A stretch of DNA of 64,000 bases. Source: Candidatus Eiseniibacteriota bacterium (lineage in GTDB: Bacteria; Eisenbacteria; RBG-16-71-46). Under the pieces are notes generated by a model. That model did no database searches and was not told the DNA's origin. It saw nothing but the letters and a program-made list of their open reading frames with translations. Below are positions 28,209 through 36,850 of this stretch, piece after piece. The DNA lies in NCBI GenBank assembly GCA_035691845.1, contig DASSIN010000272.1, positions 936-64,935 on the forward strand, written 5' to 3'. A program made the translations under genes and the position numbers. Each line of letters opens with the position of its first letter. The first letter of the stretch is position 1.

Positions 28209-28369
28209 GCGGATCTCCCAAGGGCGTGGTCACGTCGGGGGGATGTGGCTGCGCCTGGATGCTGCCGTCGACGACGGCCGATCCCACCATGCCGCGGCGG
28301 AGCGCGCAACGCGGGCGGAACGCGAACGGCCGGCGGTGGCATCCGCCGGCCGTCGCGCGTCGCCAGCGT

Positions 28370-29269
28370 TCAACGGATGAACGTGCCCTGCTCCAGCTCG
28401 CGGTAGGCCTGCAGCAGCTCGGCGCGCGTGTTCATCACGATCGGCCCGTACCACGCGACCGGCTCCTCGATCGGCCGGCCGGAGACGAGCAGGAACCGGA
28501 TCCCGCGCTCGCCGGCCTGCACCACGATCTCGTCCCCCGCGTCGAACATCACCAGCGACCGGTCGCCGGCCGGCTCGCGCACCACGCGCTCCTCCGGTCC
28601 CGGCGTGTCGGTCAGCACGCCCTGCGGCTCGGAGGCGTCGCGGAACGTGCCGCTGCCCTCGAACACGTATGCGAACGCGTTCCGGCGCGTGTCCACCGCC
28701 AGCGTGCGCCGGCGGCCGGGAGGGACGGTGACGTCGAGATAGCCCGGGTCCGCGGCCACGCGATCCACCGGCCCCTTCCGGCCCCAGAACGTGCCGCACA
28801 CCACGCGCACGCGCGTGCCGTCGTCGTCCACGATCTCGGGGATGTCGCGCGCCGCGATGTCCTGGTAACGCGGCGCCGAGAGCTTGAGGGACGACGGCAG
28901 GTTGGCCCACAGCTGGAACCCGTGCATGCGCCCGGCGGGGTCGCCCTGCGGCATCTCCTGATGCAGGATGCCGCGTCCAGCCGTCATCCACTGCACGTCG
29001 CCCGCGCCCAGCGAGCCCGAGTTCCCGAGACTGTCGCCGTGATCCACGCTGCCGGCGAGCACGTAGGTGATGGTCTCGATGCCGCGATGCGGATGCCACG
29101 GGAACCCGGCCCGGTAGTCGTCGGGCCGGTCGTTGCGGAAGTCGTCGAGCAGCAGGAACGGGTCGGTCTCGGCCGTGTCGCCGAACCCGAACGCCCGCCG
29201 CAGCCGGACGCCCGCGCCCTCCACGGTCGGTCGGGCCTGAACGATGCGTTTCACCGCGCGGATGGACAT
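28370..29269 (-). CDS. Pirin-family protein (bicupin)
   Basis: The 299-aa C-terminal part of ORF 28370..29551 contains 'FPWHPHRGIETITYVLAGSVDHGDSLGNSG' and 'GDVQWMTAGRGILHQEMP'. An AGGAGA RBS precedes it. Confidence 0.85.
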   Translation of the reverse strand: MSIRAVKRIVQARPTVEGAGVRLRRAFGFGDTAETDPFLLLDDFRNDRPDDYRAGFPWHPHRGIETITYVLAGSVDHGDSLGNSGSLGAGDVQWMTAGRGILHQEMPQGDPAGRMHGFQLWANLPSSLKLSAPRYQDIAARDIPEIVDDDGTRVRVVCGTFWGRKGPVDRVAADPGYLDVTVPPGRRRTLAVDTRRNAFAYVFEGSGTFRDASEPQGVLTDTPGPEERVVREPAGDRSLVMFDAGDEIVVQAGERGIRFLLVSGRPIEEPVAWYGPIVMNTRAELLQAYRELEQGTFIR

Positions 29270-29369
29270 GGGCTCTCCTGCACGTGGAGGGTGGCGCGAA
29301 CGGGACGGAGCAAGCCTACGCCAGGCGTCAAACCGTCGCCGGTCGGAGCCCGCCGACACCCGAGCCCGG

Positions 29370-29398
29370 TTGACGGGTCCGGTGGCGAAGGGTTCAAT
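29370..29398 (+). promoter_or_regulatory. Candidate sigma-70-type promoter for the crcB operon
   Basis: TTGACG (29370-75) is separated by 17 nt from TTCAAT (29393-98), about 55 nt upstream of the ATG at 29451. Confidence 0.3.
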
Positions 29399-29450
29399 GC
29401 GCCCCGCGCCGTTCCGACGCGACCCCGTCATCCCTTCGATAGGAGCCGAT

Positions 29451-29774
29451 ATGCTGCTGATTCGAGAGATCATGTTCTGCAAGCCGGGCCAGGTGCGTCC
29501 GCTGGTCGAGAAGTTCGTGGCGATGTCGAAGTTGAGCCAGAAGATGGGCATGCCCCCGATGAAGGTGATGACCGACGTGAGCGCCGAGCGCTACTGGACC
29601 GTGGTGGGCGAGATGGAGGTCGAGAGCCTGGACGCGTTCGAGAAGATGATGCTCGGCCCGCCGCCCCAGGACCCGAAGCGCCAGCAGGACATGAAGGAGA
29701 TGGAGGCGCTGATGAAGGGCTATCACGAGCTCGTGGACCACGGCCGGCGCGAGATCTACAAGATCGAGGGCTGA
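29451..29774 (+). CDS. Small hypothetical protein (107 aa), first gene of the crcB operon
   Basis: An AGGAG RBS precedes it. The sequence is 'MLLIREIMFCKPGQVRPLVEKFVAMSKL...' with a KE-rich C-terminus. GC content is about 62%, lower than the neighbours. It may have a dimeric alpha/beta-barrel (NIPSNAP/Dabb-like) fold; this is a weak guess. Confidence 0.45.
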   Translation: MLLIREIMFCKPGQVRPLVEKFVAMSKLSQKMGMPPMKVMTDVSAERYWTVVGEMEVESLDAFEKMMLGPPPQDPKRQQDMKEMEALMKGYHELVDHGRREIYKIEG

Positions 29775-29825
29775 ACCAGGGCAGAAGCCCGTGCGCCACC
29801 CCCGCGGAGGCCGCCCATTTCCCGG

Positions 29826-30215
29826 TTGATGCCGTTCGTGTGGATCTCGCTCGGCGCCGTGATCGGCGCCAATCTGCGCTATCTGACGACCCGGGCCACC
29901 ACCCAGTGGCTCGGGCCCTCGTTCCCGTACGGGACGCTGTTCGTGAACGTGTTCGGCTGCCTCGCCATCGGCGTGATCGGCACGATGGTGACCGGCCGGC
30001 TCGTGGATCGCCCCGAGGTCGTGCGGCAGCTCGTGATCGTCGGATTCCTCGGCTCGCTCACCACGTTCTCGTCGTTCGCGTTCGAGACCCACAGCCTGTT
30101 CCAGGACGGCGAGTGGCTGCGGGCGTGGCTCAACATCGGGGCCAGCGTGCTGGCCGGGCTCGCCGGTGTGCGGCTCGGCATCGAGCTGACCCCGCACCTG
30201 AAGGGCCTGCTGTGA
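29826..30215 (+). CDS. crcB: Fluoride ion channel CrcB/Fluc
   Basis: A 129-aa protein with four TM helices and the signature 'GFLGSLTTFSSFAFE'. Confidence 0.85.
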   Translation: MMPFVWISLGAVIGANLRYLTTRATTQWLGPSFPYGTLFVNVFGCLAIGVIGTMVTGRLVDRPEVVRQLVIVGFLGSLTTFSSFAFETHSLFQDGEWLRAWLNIGASVLAGLAGVRLGIELTPHLKGLL

Positions 30216-30556
30216 CCGAGACGGGCGAGCGCACGCTGCTGCGCATGCACATGAGCAACTTCGCCCGCTGGCATGCGGGCCCGCTGTACGAGGCGCTGGT
30301 CGAGCGCGCGCGGCGCGAGCGGCTGTCCGGCGCCACCGTGCTGGCCGGATTCCAGGGCTTCGTGGGCGCGGGTCCGGTGCTCGGCGGACACCCGCACGCC
30401 GTCCAGGTCGAGCGCCCGGTGGTGGTCGAGATCGTGGACGCCGAGGACCGGCTGCAGCGGTTCCTGGCCGCGGTCGAGCCGATGCTCGCGTCACACCCGG
30501 TGCTGGTCACGCTGGAGCGCGCGCAGGTGGTGCGCTACGGAGGCGCGGCGTCGTGA
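30212..30556 (+). CDS. DUF190 (PII-like) protein, crcB-associated
   Basis: The 114-aa C-terminal part of ORF 28226..30556 begins with a GTG that overlaps the crcB stop. It contains 'LLRMHMSNFARWHAGPLYEALVERARRERLSGATVLAGFQGF'. Confidence 0.7.
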   Translation: MTETGERTLLRMHMSNFARWHAGPLYEALVERARRERLSGATVLAGFQGFVGAGPVLGGHPHAVQVERPVVVEIVDAEDRLQRFLAAVEPMLASHPVLVTLERAQVVRYGGAAS

Positions 30557-30882
30557 TCCGCGAGAGCGATGGCATGCTGCTGCGGATCTTCATCGGCGAC
30601 TCCGATCGGCACGCCGGACGTCCGCTCTACCAGGTGCTGGTCGAGCGCGCGCGCGCGGAGGGGCTGTCAGGGGCGACGGTGCTGCACGGACCGATGGGGT
30701 TCGGGCGCCACTCGCGCATGCACACGGCCAAGCTGGTCGAGCTGTCGAGCGATCTGCCGATCGTGATCGAGCTCGTGGACAGCGAGCCGGCGATCCAGCG
30801 TTTCATGCACAGCGTGAACGCGCTGGTGCAGGAGGGGCTCGTCACGCTGGAGCGCGTCCGTATCGTACACTACGGCGGCTGA
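30553..30882 (+). CDS. DUF190 (PII-like) protein, second tandem copy
   Basis: 'LLRIFIGDSDRHAGRPLYQVLVERARAEGLSGATVLHGPMGFG' is a paralogue of the preceding gene. Confidence 0.7.
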   Translation: MIRESDGMLLRIFIGDSDRHAGRPLYQVLVERARAEGLSGATVLHGPMGFGRHSRMHTAKLVELSSDLPIVIELVDSEPAIQRFMHSVNALVQEGLVTLERVRIVHYGG

Positions 30883-30919
30883 GGGCAGCGCCCGCCTGGC
30901 AGCACTGACGCCGCCCCCG

Positions 30920-31615
30920 ATGCCCGACCGGGTTGGCGCAACCGGACTGGCGAATGCCGCGCCGATGCGGTTCCATGGCGGCATGCGCCGGGCCGCGGTC
31001 ATCGTCCTCGCAGCGCTGGTGCTGCTCATCGTCGTCTACGTCCTGCTCGTGCGGCCGTGGCACCGGCACTGGGGCGCGACGCCGGCCGAGGTGGCGCGCC
31101 CGATGCCGGGCGACAGCCTCGTCGGCGATCCGCAGGAGGTGACGACGCGCGCGATCACGATCCGCGCGCGGCCGGAACAGGTGTGGCCGTGGCTCGCGCA
31201 GATGGGGCGCGGGCGCGGAGGGCTCTACAGCTACGACGCGCTCGACCGCGCGTTCGGGGTGCTCGATGCCCCGAGCGCGCAGGCGCTGCTGCCGCAGTTC
31301 CAGCGGCTCGCGCCGGGCGATACCATCCCGATCGGCGGCAGTGCCGGCTGGCCGGTGGCGATCGCGGATCCGAATCGCACGCTGCTGCTGAACGTGAACG
31401 AAGCCGGGGCCCGCGTGACGTGGGTATTCGTGGTGGCGCCGATCTCGGGCGGCGAGACGCGGCTCGTGACACGCGTGCGCGCGCGCCTCCCCGCCGGCTG
31501 GAAATCGGCGCTCATCGGGGCCGCGCTCGATCCCGCGGAGTTCGTGATGGTGCGCCGCATGCTGCTCAACCTGCGCGACCGCGCCGAGCGGCTCGCGCGC
31601 CGCGCCGCGCCGTGA
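30920..31615 (+). CDS. SRPBCC-family (START/Bet v1-like, polyketide-cyclase-like) protein with an N-terminal TM helix
   Basis: The TM helix 'AAVIVLAALVLLIVVYVLLV' is followed by 'RPEQVWPWLAQMGRGRGGLYSYDALD'. The start may be the internal Met at 30965 or 30983. Confidence 0.55.
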   Translation: MPDRVGATGLANAAPMRFHGGMRRAAVIVLAALVLLIVVYVLLVRPWHRHWGATPAEVARPMPGDSLVGDPQEVTTRAITIRARPEQVWPWLAQMGRGRGGLYSYDALDRAFGVLDAPSAQALLPQFQRLAPGDTIPIGGSAGWPVAIADPNRTLLLNVNEAGARVTWVFVVAPISGGETRLVTRVRARLPAGWKSALIGAALDPAEFVMVRRMLLNLRDRAERLARRAAP

Positions 31616-32304
31616 CGGGCCACCTCGAGCGGCACTTCGCCCAGCGCATCGGCTGGTTGCGCGCCGCGGTGCTGGGCGCCAACGACGGCATCGTTTCGAC
31701 GGCGAGCCTGGTGGTGGGCGTGGCGGCGGCGGACAGCGGGCGGCAGAGCATCATGCTCGCCGGGCTCGCCGGCTTGGTGGCGGGAGCGATGTCGATGGCG
31801 GCGGGGGAATACGTCTCCGTCAGCTCGCAGTCCGACACCGAGCGCGCGGACGTGGAGCGCGAGCGCCGCGAGCTGGCGGCCGAGCCCGAGGCGGAGCTGC
31901 GCGAGCTGCAGGGAATCTACCAGGCGCGCGGGCTCGATCCCGGGCTGGCGCGCCAGGTGGCGGTGCAGATGACCGCGCACGGCGCGCTCGACGCGCACGC
32001 GCGCGACGAGCTCGGGTTGAGCGAGGTGCATGCCGCACGGCCCGTGCAGGCGGCGATGGCCTCGGCCGCGACGTTCGCCGTGGGAGCGGCGCTGCCGCTG
32101 GTCGTGGCGGCGCTGGTGCCCACCGGGCGCATCCTGCCCGCGGTGTCGCTGGCATCGCTCGTGTGCCTGGCCACGCTCGGCAGCCTGGCGGCGGGCGCGG
32201 GCGGCGCGAGCCGCGTGCGCGGCGCGATGCGCGTCACGTTCTGGGGCGCGCTCGCGATGGCGATCACCGCCTGGATCGGGCGGCTGTTCGGCACCGTGGC
32301 GTGA
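31612..32304 (+). CDS. VIT1/CCC1-family iron/manganese transporter (MbfA-like)
   Basis: The family region 'LGANDGIVSTASLVVGVAAA...GLVAGAMSMAAGEYVSVSSQSD' and a C-terminal TM region are present. The GTG start overlaps the upstream stop. Confidence 0.7.
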   Translation: MTGHLERHFAQRIGWLRAAVLGANDGIVSTASLVVGVAAADSGRQSIMLAGLAGLVAGAMSMAAGEYVSVSSQSDTERADVERERRELAAEPEAELRELQGIYQARGLDPGLARQVAVQMTAHGALDAHARDELGLSEVHAARPVQAAMASAATFAVGAALPLVVAALVPTGRILPAVSLASLVCLATLGSLAAGAGGASRVRGAMRVTFWGALAMAITAWIGRLFGTVA

Positions 32305-32344
32305 ACGAAATCCCGCACGCGGCCCGTGTTGGGTGAGCCCGACT

Positions 32345-33463
32345 TCAGAACCGCGACACCAGGGCGAGCTTCCCGTCGGGGCGCGCTTCGAGGTGCGCGA
32401 TCATGCGCCGACCCTTGGCGGTGGCGCTCGGCGTGATGGCGAGATCGTAGACGGTGCTGAACGCCTGCGCGCCGCCCGCGAGCAGGCCGAGGATCACCAT
32501 TGCGCCGGTCCCGGCATTGCCGTCCTCGAACGCCATCCCGACGCCGAGCGCCCCGACCACCATCCCGCCCGCGGCCACGCCCCGAATGATGAGCCCGCGT
32601 TTGGCGAGATCCCAGCGGCCGCCGGCCGTAAGCCCCACACTGGGTCCCACCAGCGCGCCCACCTCGCCGCCCAGTCCCAACGCCGCCTCCCACGCGAATT
32701 CCCGATCGCTGCCCGGGCGATCGATCGCGACGGCAATGATGGCAGGCGCGAGCGTGGCGCCGATTCCGATCGTCAGCGCCTGCGAGGGCGAGCGCGCATG
32801 CTTTCCGACGCTGGCGACGGCCGACGGCGGCCCCGCCGGGGGCGCCGTCGGCACACCCTGCGCGCGCGGCCTGCGCCACACCGTCCTCCAGCCCGAAGCC
32901 AGCGCGCCGATGCCTGCCCCCAGTCCGATCGAACCTGCCGCCGCCGCGGCGTTGATGACGGCCGGCGCCGCCTCGCGGTTGAATGCCCCCCGCACGAACG
33001 CCAGGCCCACCCCGGCGCCGATCAACGTCCCCGCCAGCACGTGCGAGCGCCGCACTTCGAGCCGTTCGACCTCGTTCCACTCGAGCGGCGAGGCGTGGGG
33101 CTGGGCCGGCGGACGCACGGCCACCACGCGCTGCTGCGAAGCCGCGAACCAGATCCCGACCGTGTCGAGATCGGCGCGTGGAAACAGCAGCGCGCCGCGC
33201 GCGAGCCACGCACGCACCGACTTCGATCCGATCTGACGCCGCAGCTTCGCCACCTCGGCGGACGAGGGGCCGATCCCGGGATCGCGCGACGCCGGCGCGT
33301 CGCCGGCGATCTCGAGCCGCTCGCCGAACGACGCCGGAGCGCCGGCGGCGTGCGCGGACGGCGCGGATGCGAGCGCGCATGCCGCCAGCACAGCCGCCAC
33401 CGCGGCGGCGTGGCGACGACGAAGGCTGGAGTGCACCCGTCCCATGCCCTCGCGCGGTCGCAT
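32345..33463 (-). CDS. Hypothetical secreted/membrane protein with Gly-zipper segments
   Basis: The signal peptide 'AAVAAVLAACALASAPSAHA' is followed by Gly/Ala-rich segments 'GAGVGLAFV', 'GSIGLGAGIGALASG' and 'GLGGEVGALVGPSVG'. No homology clue. The start may be at 33445. Confidence 0.4.
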   Translation of the reverse strand: MRPREGMGRVHSSLRRRHAAAVAAVLAACALASAPSAHAAGAPASFGERLEIAGDAPASRDPGIGPSSAEVAKLRRQIGSKSVRAWLARGALLFPRADLDTVGIWFAASQQRVVAVRPPAQPHASPLEWNEVERLEVRRSHVLAGTLIGAGVGLAFVRGAFNREAAPAVINAAAAAGSIGLGAGIGALASGWRTVWRRPRAQGVPTAPPAGPPSAVASVGKHARSPSQALTIGIGATLAPAIIAVAIDRPGSDREFAWEAALGLGGEVGALVGPSVGLTAGGRWDLAKRGLIIRGVAAGGMVVGALGVGMAFEDGNAGTGAMVILGLLAGGAQAFSTVYDLAITPSATAKGRRMIAHLEARPDGKLALVSRF

Positions 33464-33674
33464 CGTTCGTGCCGGATGATCCCTGGGCGGGATGCGGCCA
33501 GCGCGTTCTGCGCGCGCGTGTTGCGCGAGCGACGGCGATGCGCCGCCCCGCCGTTGCTGCCGTCATGGCAGCCGGATGTCGATCCGGCAGCGGGGGCAGG
33601 CGCAGCGATCCCGGTGGCGCTAGGATGCCAGCCGGGTCCGAAGTCGGTGTCGGCGCCAACGGGAGGAGCGCGGG

Positions 33675-34442
33675 ATGGGACGTCTCGACGGCAAGGCGGC
33701 GGTGGTGACGGGCGCGGCGCTCGGCATCGGACGCGCGACAGCGGAGCTGTTCGCGCGCGAGGGCGCGCGGGTGGCGGTGACGGACGTGCTCGAGGACGAC
33801 GGGCGCAAGCTGGTGGATGCGCTGCGCGCGCGCGGCGCGACGGCGGAGTTCTGGCGGCTCGACGTGTCCCACGAGCGCGACGTGGAGCGCGTGCTCGCGG
33901 ACGTGGTGCAGCGTTTCGGCCGGCTCGACGTGCTCGTCAACAACGCCGGCATCGGCGGGGCCAGCCGGCCCACCGACCAGATCACCGAGCAGGAGTGGGA
34001 TCAGGTGATGGCGGTGAACGTGAAGGGCGTGTTCTTCTGCACCAAGCACGCGATCGCGCACATGCGCCGGACGGGCGGTGGCAGCATCGTCAACATCTCG
34101 TCCATCTACGGCCTGGTCGGGGCGGTGGACGCCCCGCCCTATCACGCCTCCAAGGGCGCCGTTCGGCTGATGACCAAGACCGACGCGCTGTTCTACGCGC
34201 GCGACAACATTCGTGTGAACTCGGTGCACCCGGGGTTCATCTGGACGCCGATGGTGCAGAATTTCCTCGCCAAGGCCGACGACCCGGCCGCCGCGCGCAA
34301 GGCGATCGACGACCTGCACCCGCTCGGCCACATGGGCGAGGCCGAGGACATCGCCTACGGCATCCTGTACCTGAGCTGCGGCGAATCGAAGTTCGTCACC
34401 GGCAGCGAACTCGTGATCGACGGCGGCTACACCGCGCGATGA
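33675..34442 (+). CDS. SDR-family oxidoreductase (3-oxoacyl-ACP reductase/glucose dehydrogenase-like)
   Basis: Motifs 'GKAAVVTGAALGIGRA', 'NNAGIGG' and the catalytic 'YHASKGAV' are present. Confidence 0.85.
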   Translation: MGRLDGKAAVVTGAALGIGRATAELFAREGARVAVTDVLEDDGRKLVDALRARGATAEFWRLDVSHERDVERVLADVVQRFGRLDVLVNNAGIGGASRPTDQITEQEWDQVMAVNVKGVFFCTKHAIAHMRRTGGGSIVNISSIYGLVGAVDAPPYHASKGAVRLMTKTDALFYARDNIRVNSVHPGFIWTPMVQNFLAKADDPAAARKAIDDLHPLGHMGEAEDIAYGILYLSCGESKFVTGSELVIDGGYTAR

Positions 34443-34491
34443 CGGCAGGCCCTCCCGTGCGTCCGGGCGGGGTCGGCGCGATCGTCGCCGC

Positions 34492-34968
34492 ATGATCGTG
34501 ATCCGGGTTGCGACCGCGGACGACCGCGAGCCGCTCGGCCGCTGGGGCGCGGCGCTGATGCAGCAGCACCATGCCGCGGATGCGCGCCGCTTCATCCTCA
34601 CCGAACGCCCCGAGCAGGGCTACGGCCGCTTCCTGGTGTCGCAGCTCGACGACGCGGACGCCGTCGTGCTGATCGCGGAACGCGCCGGGGAACCGGTGGG
34701 ATACCTGTACTGCACCCTCGAGCCGTTGAGCTGGCGCGATCTGCGCGGACCATGCGGTTTCGTGCACGACGTGTTCGTCGCGGAGGCAGCGCGCCGCCAG
34801 GGCGCGGGCCGCGCGCTGATGCGAGGGGCGCTGGCATGGTTCCGCGCGCGCGGAACGACGCAGGTCGTGCTGTGGAGCGCAGCTGGGAACGCGGGCGCGC
34901 AGCGCATGTTCGCGACGCTCGGGTTCCGGCCGACGATGACGGAGATGACGCTCGACTTCGAGCCGTGA
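34492..34968 (+). CDS. GNAT-family N-acetyltransferase
   Basis: The acetyl-CoA motif 'VFVAEAARRQGAGRALMRGALAWFRARG' is present. Confidence 0.8.
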   Translation: MIVIRVATADDREPLGRWGAALMQQHHAADARRFILTERPEQGYGRFLVSQLDDADAVVLIAERAGEPVGYLYCTLEPLSWRDLRGPCGFVHDVFVAEAARRQGAGRALMRGALAWFRARGTTQVVLWSAAGNAGAQRMFATLGFRPTMTEMTLDFEP

Positions 34969-34977
34969 GCGCGACCG

Positions 34978-35661
34978 CTAACGCGGCGCGCGCTCCGACG
35001 CCGGGCGCCGCCGCCGGGCGAGGGCGTGCCGCGCACCACCCGCGCCGGCCCTGGCCGCCGGACCCTGAAGTCCCGTCAGCACGCATTCGAACGCCTGATC
35101 CACGAAACCCCTCGTCACCGGCTCGAAGCGGATGAACTTGCGGTAGAACATCGGCCCGTAGAGCAGGTCGCCTGCCGCCAGCGGCGAGATGTCGCGGCGC
35201 AGCAGTCCGTCGTCCTGCGCGCGCTTGATCGCCGCCGCGGTCGCCTTGCGGCGCGGTCTGAACAATCGGTTGCGCAGCGCGGTGCGGATGTCGGGATCGT
35301 GCTCGGCCTCGCCCAGCAGCGCGATCAGCAACCGCCCGGACAACCCCTCGGCCGCGCGCCCCACGAGCTGCAGGGCGTGTCGCAGCTCCGCCAGCGGCTC
35401 GCCGGTGCCGGTCGGCGGCGCCGCCCGGGACGCGACCTCGACCAGCAGATCCACCACCAACGCGGCACGATTGGGCCACCAGCGATAGATCGTGGTCTTC
35501 GCCACGCCCGAGCGTTCCGCGACCGCCTCGATCGTCGCCGCCTCGTAGCCGCCCTTTTCGACCAGCGCCTGCACGGCCGCGAGGATCGCCCGCCGCGCCG
35601 GCTCGCTGCGTGGCCGCCCGCGCCCCTTCGTATCGGATGACGCCCCGGTCGCCGACTGCAT
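34978..35661 (-). CDS. TetR/AcrR-family transcriptional regulator
   Basis: The HTH 'ATIEAVAERSGVAKTTIYRWWPNRAALV' is present. Confidence 0.8.
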   Translation of the reverse strand: MQSATGASSDTKGRGRPRSEPARRAILAAVQALVEKGGYEAATIEAVAERSGVAKTTIYRWWPNRAALVVDLLVEVASRAAPPTGTGEPLAELRHALQLVGRAAEGLSGRLLIALLGEAEHDPDIRTALRNRLFRPRRKATAAAIKRAQDDGLLRRDISPLAAGDLLYGPMFYRKFIRFEPVTRGFVDQAFECVLTGLQGPAARAGAGGARHALARRRRPASERAPR

Positions 35662-35753
35662 GCCCGCAACTTACGCTACTTCTCGTGTCGAAACAAACGT
35701 CGCGGGTGGATCCGTAGAACTGCGTACGCCTTTCGGCGACGAACTTTCTGGAT

Positions 35754-35770
35754 CGCTACGCAACGTAGCG
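35754..35770. promoter_or_regulatory. Perfect 7-3-7 palindrome cgctacg-caa-cgtagcg in the TetR/cupredoxin divergent intergenic region (candidate operator)
   Basis: The inverted repeat was seen directly. It lies between the divergent genes at 35661 and 35855. Confidence 0.3.
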
Positions 35771-35854
35771 TATCCAAGGTGCCCATCGCTCTCGTCCCCG
35801 CCGGCCGCGCACCGGCCTCCGGGGTGCACGGCTCCACACCACGAGGAGGCGCTC

Positions 35855-36241
35855 ATGTTGGCAAGGCTTGGAACCCCGTCGCTCGCCGCGCTGCTGCTGG
35901 CGCTGGCGATGTCGTCGACGTCGTGCTCGTCCAAGAGCGGCGGCGGCGGCAACAACTATGTCACCAGCCCGGCGCCGCAGCTGGAGCTGAACTCCGGCGA
36001 CATCGCGCCCGGCGGCACTTACGTGCACCGCTTCGCGGCGGCCGGCACGTACGGATACCACTGCATCCATCACGCCCCGATGACCGGCAATGTCCAGGTC
36101 AGCGCCAGCGCGGCCGACACGCTCGTCAGCGTCAGCATCACCAGCTCCACCTCGCCGTTTCCGGCGGCGGCGGTGAAGCCGGGCGGAACGGTGGTGTGGA
36201 CCAACAATTCGGGAATGCTGCACACCGTCACCAGCAACTGA
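35855..36241 (+). CDS. Secreted cupredoxin-like (pseudoazurin/plastocyanin-like) protein
   Basis: An AGGAGG RBS and a signal peptide or lipoprotein-like N-terminus 'LAALLLALAMSSTSCSS' are present. The type-1 copper ligand pattern 'HCIHHAPMTGNV' (C-x2-H-x2-M) follows an upstream His in 'TYVHRF'. Confidence 0.5.
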   Translation: MLARLGTPSLAALLLALAMSSTSCSSKSGGGGNNYVTSPAPQLELNSGDIAPGGTYVHRFAAAGTYGYHCIHHAPMTGNVQVSASAADTLVSVSITSSTSPFPAAAVKPGGTVVWTNNSGMLHTVTSN

Positions 36242-36299
36242 TGTCCTGGCCGGCGCCACGCGGCGCCGGCCCTTCACCCCAGCCCTGGAGAACCTCGTC

Positions 36300-36818
36300 A
36301 TGACCCGATTCGCCGTCATCGTCGCGATCGCCGCCTCGTGCGTGACCTTCTCGACCGCCTTCGCTCAGGGTTCCGCCAATCACACGTTCGCATTCAACGC
36401 CCAGGACATCAGCGGTTTCCCCAGCGGCGCCGTGTCGCTCACCGGCGGCGGCACGTTCGACGCCGCCACCGGCTTCATTCACGCGGGCGGCAGTTTCAGC
36501 TGCACGCGCGACATCGACCAGGGGCCGCTCGCCGGCTGCAAGGCAGGCGAAGGCATCCGCTGGGACTCGGCCGAGATCGTGAGCTCGTTCGGCATCAAGT
36601 GCAGCGGCGCCCTCAGCGAGCCGGCGAAGCTGGCGGTGACCGGCAACACGGCGATCGTGCTGAAGGCCGACTTCTACCGCGCCGGCGACGGAACGCACGA
36701 GTCGTTCACGGCGAACATGGTCGTGTCGTCGGTGGATCTGGACCCCGCGCAGCCCGGCGTCCAGAACATCTGGATCCAGGGCGTGGGATGTGGCGAAGCC
36801 AACGTGACGTTTCAGTAG
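36300..36818 (+). CDS. Secreted hypothetical protein (172 aa)
   Basis: The signal peptide 'AVIVAIAASCVTFSTAFAQ' is present and the mature part is Gly/Ser/Thr-rich with 4 Cys. No homology clue. Confidence 0.45.
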   Translation: MTRFAVIVAIAASCVTFSTAFAQGSANHTFAFNAQDISGFPSGAVSLTGGGTFDAATGFIHAGGSFSCTRDIDQGPLAGCKAGEGIRWDSAEIVSSFGIKCSGALSEPAKLAVTGNTAIVLKADFYRAGDGTHESFTANMVVSSVDLDPAQPGVQNIWIQGVGCGEANVTFQ

Positions 36819-36850
36819 GCGAACCGCGGCCGGCAGGGAAGGGGATCGAC

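Noticed and set aside
29383-29440. Possible fluoride (crcB-motif) riboswitch: GGCGAAGGG loop pairing with CCCTTCG downstream
   Set aside because: The conserved riboswitch nucleotides (the GAUGG-type loop and the 3' UGAUGA-type strand) are not matched. The 5' arm overlaps the best promoter candidate (TTGACG-17-TTCAAT), so it would not be in the transcript. Only a covariance-model search could settle it.
28226-30556. 776-aa plus-strand ORF spanning the pirin, small ORF and crcB region
   Set aside because: Only the last 114 aa (30212..30556) form the DUF190 protein. Upstream it runs antisense to pirin and out of frame through crcB.
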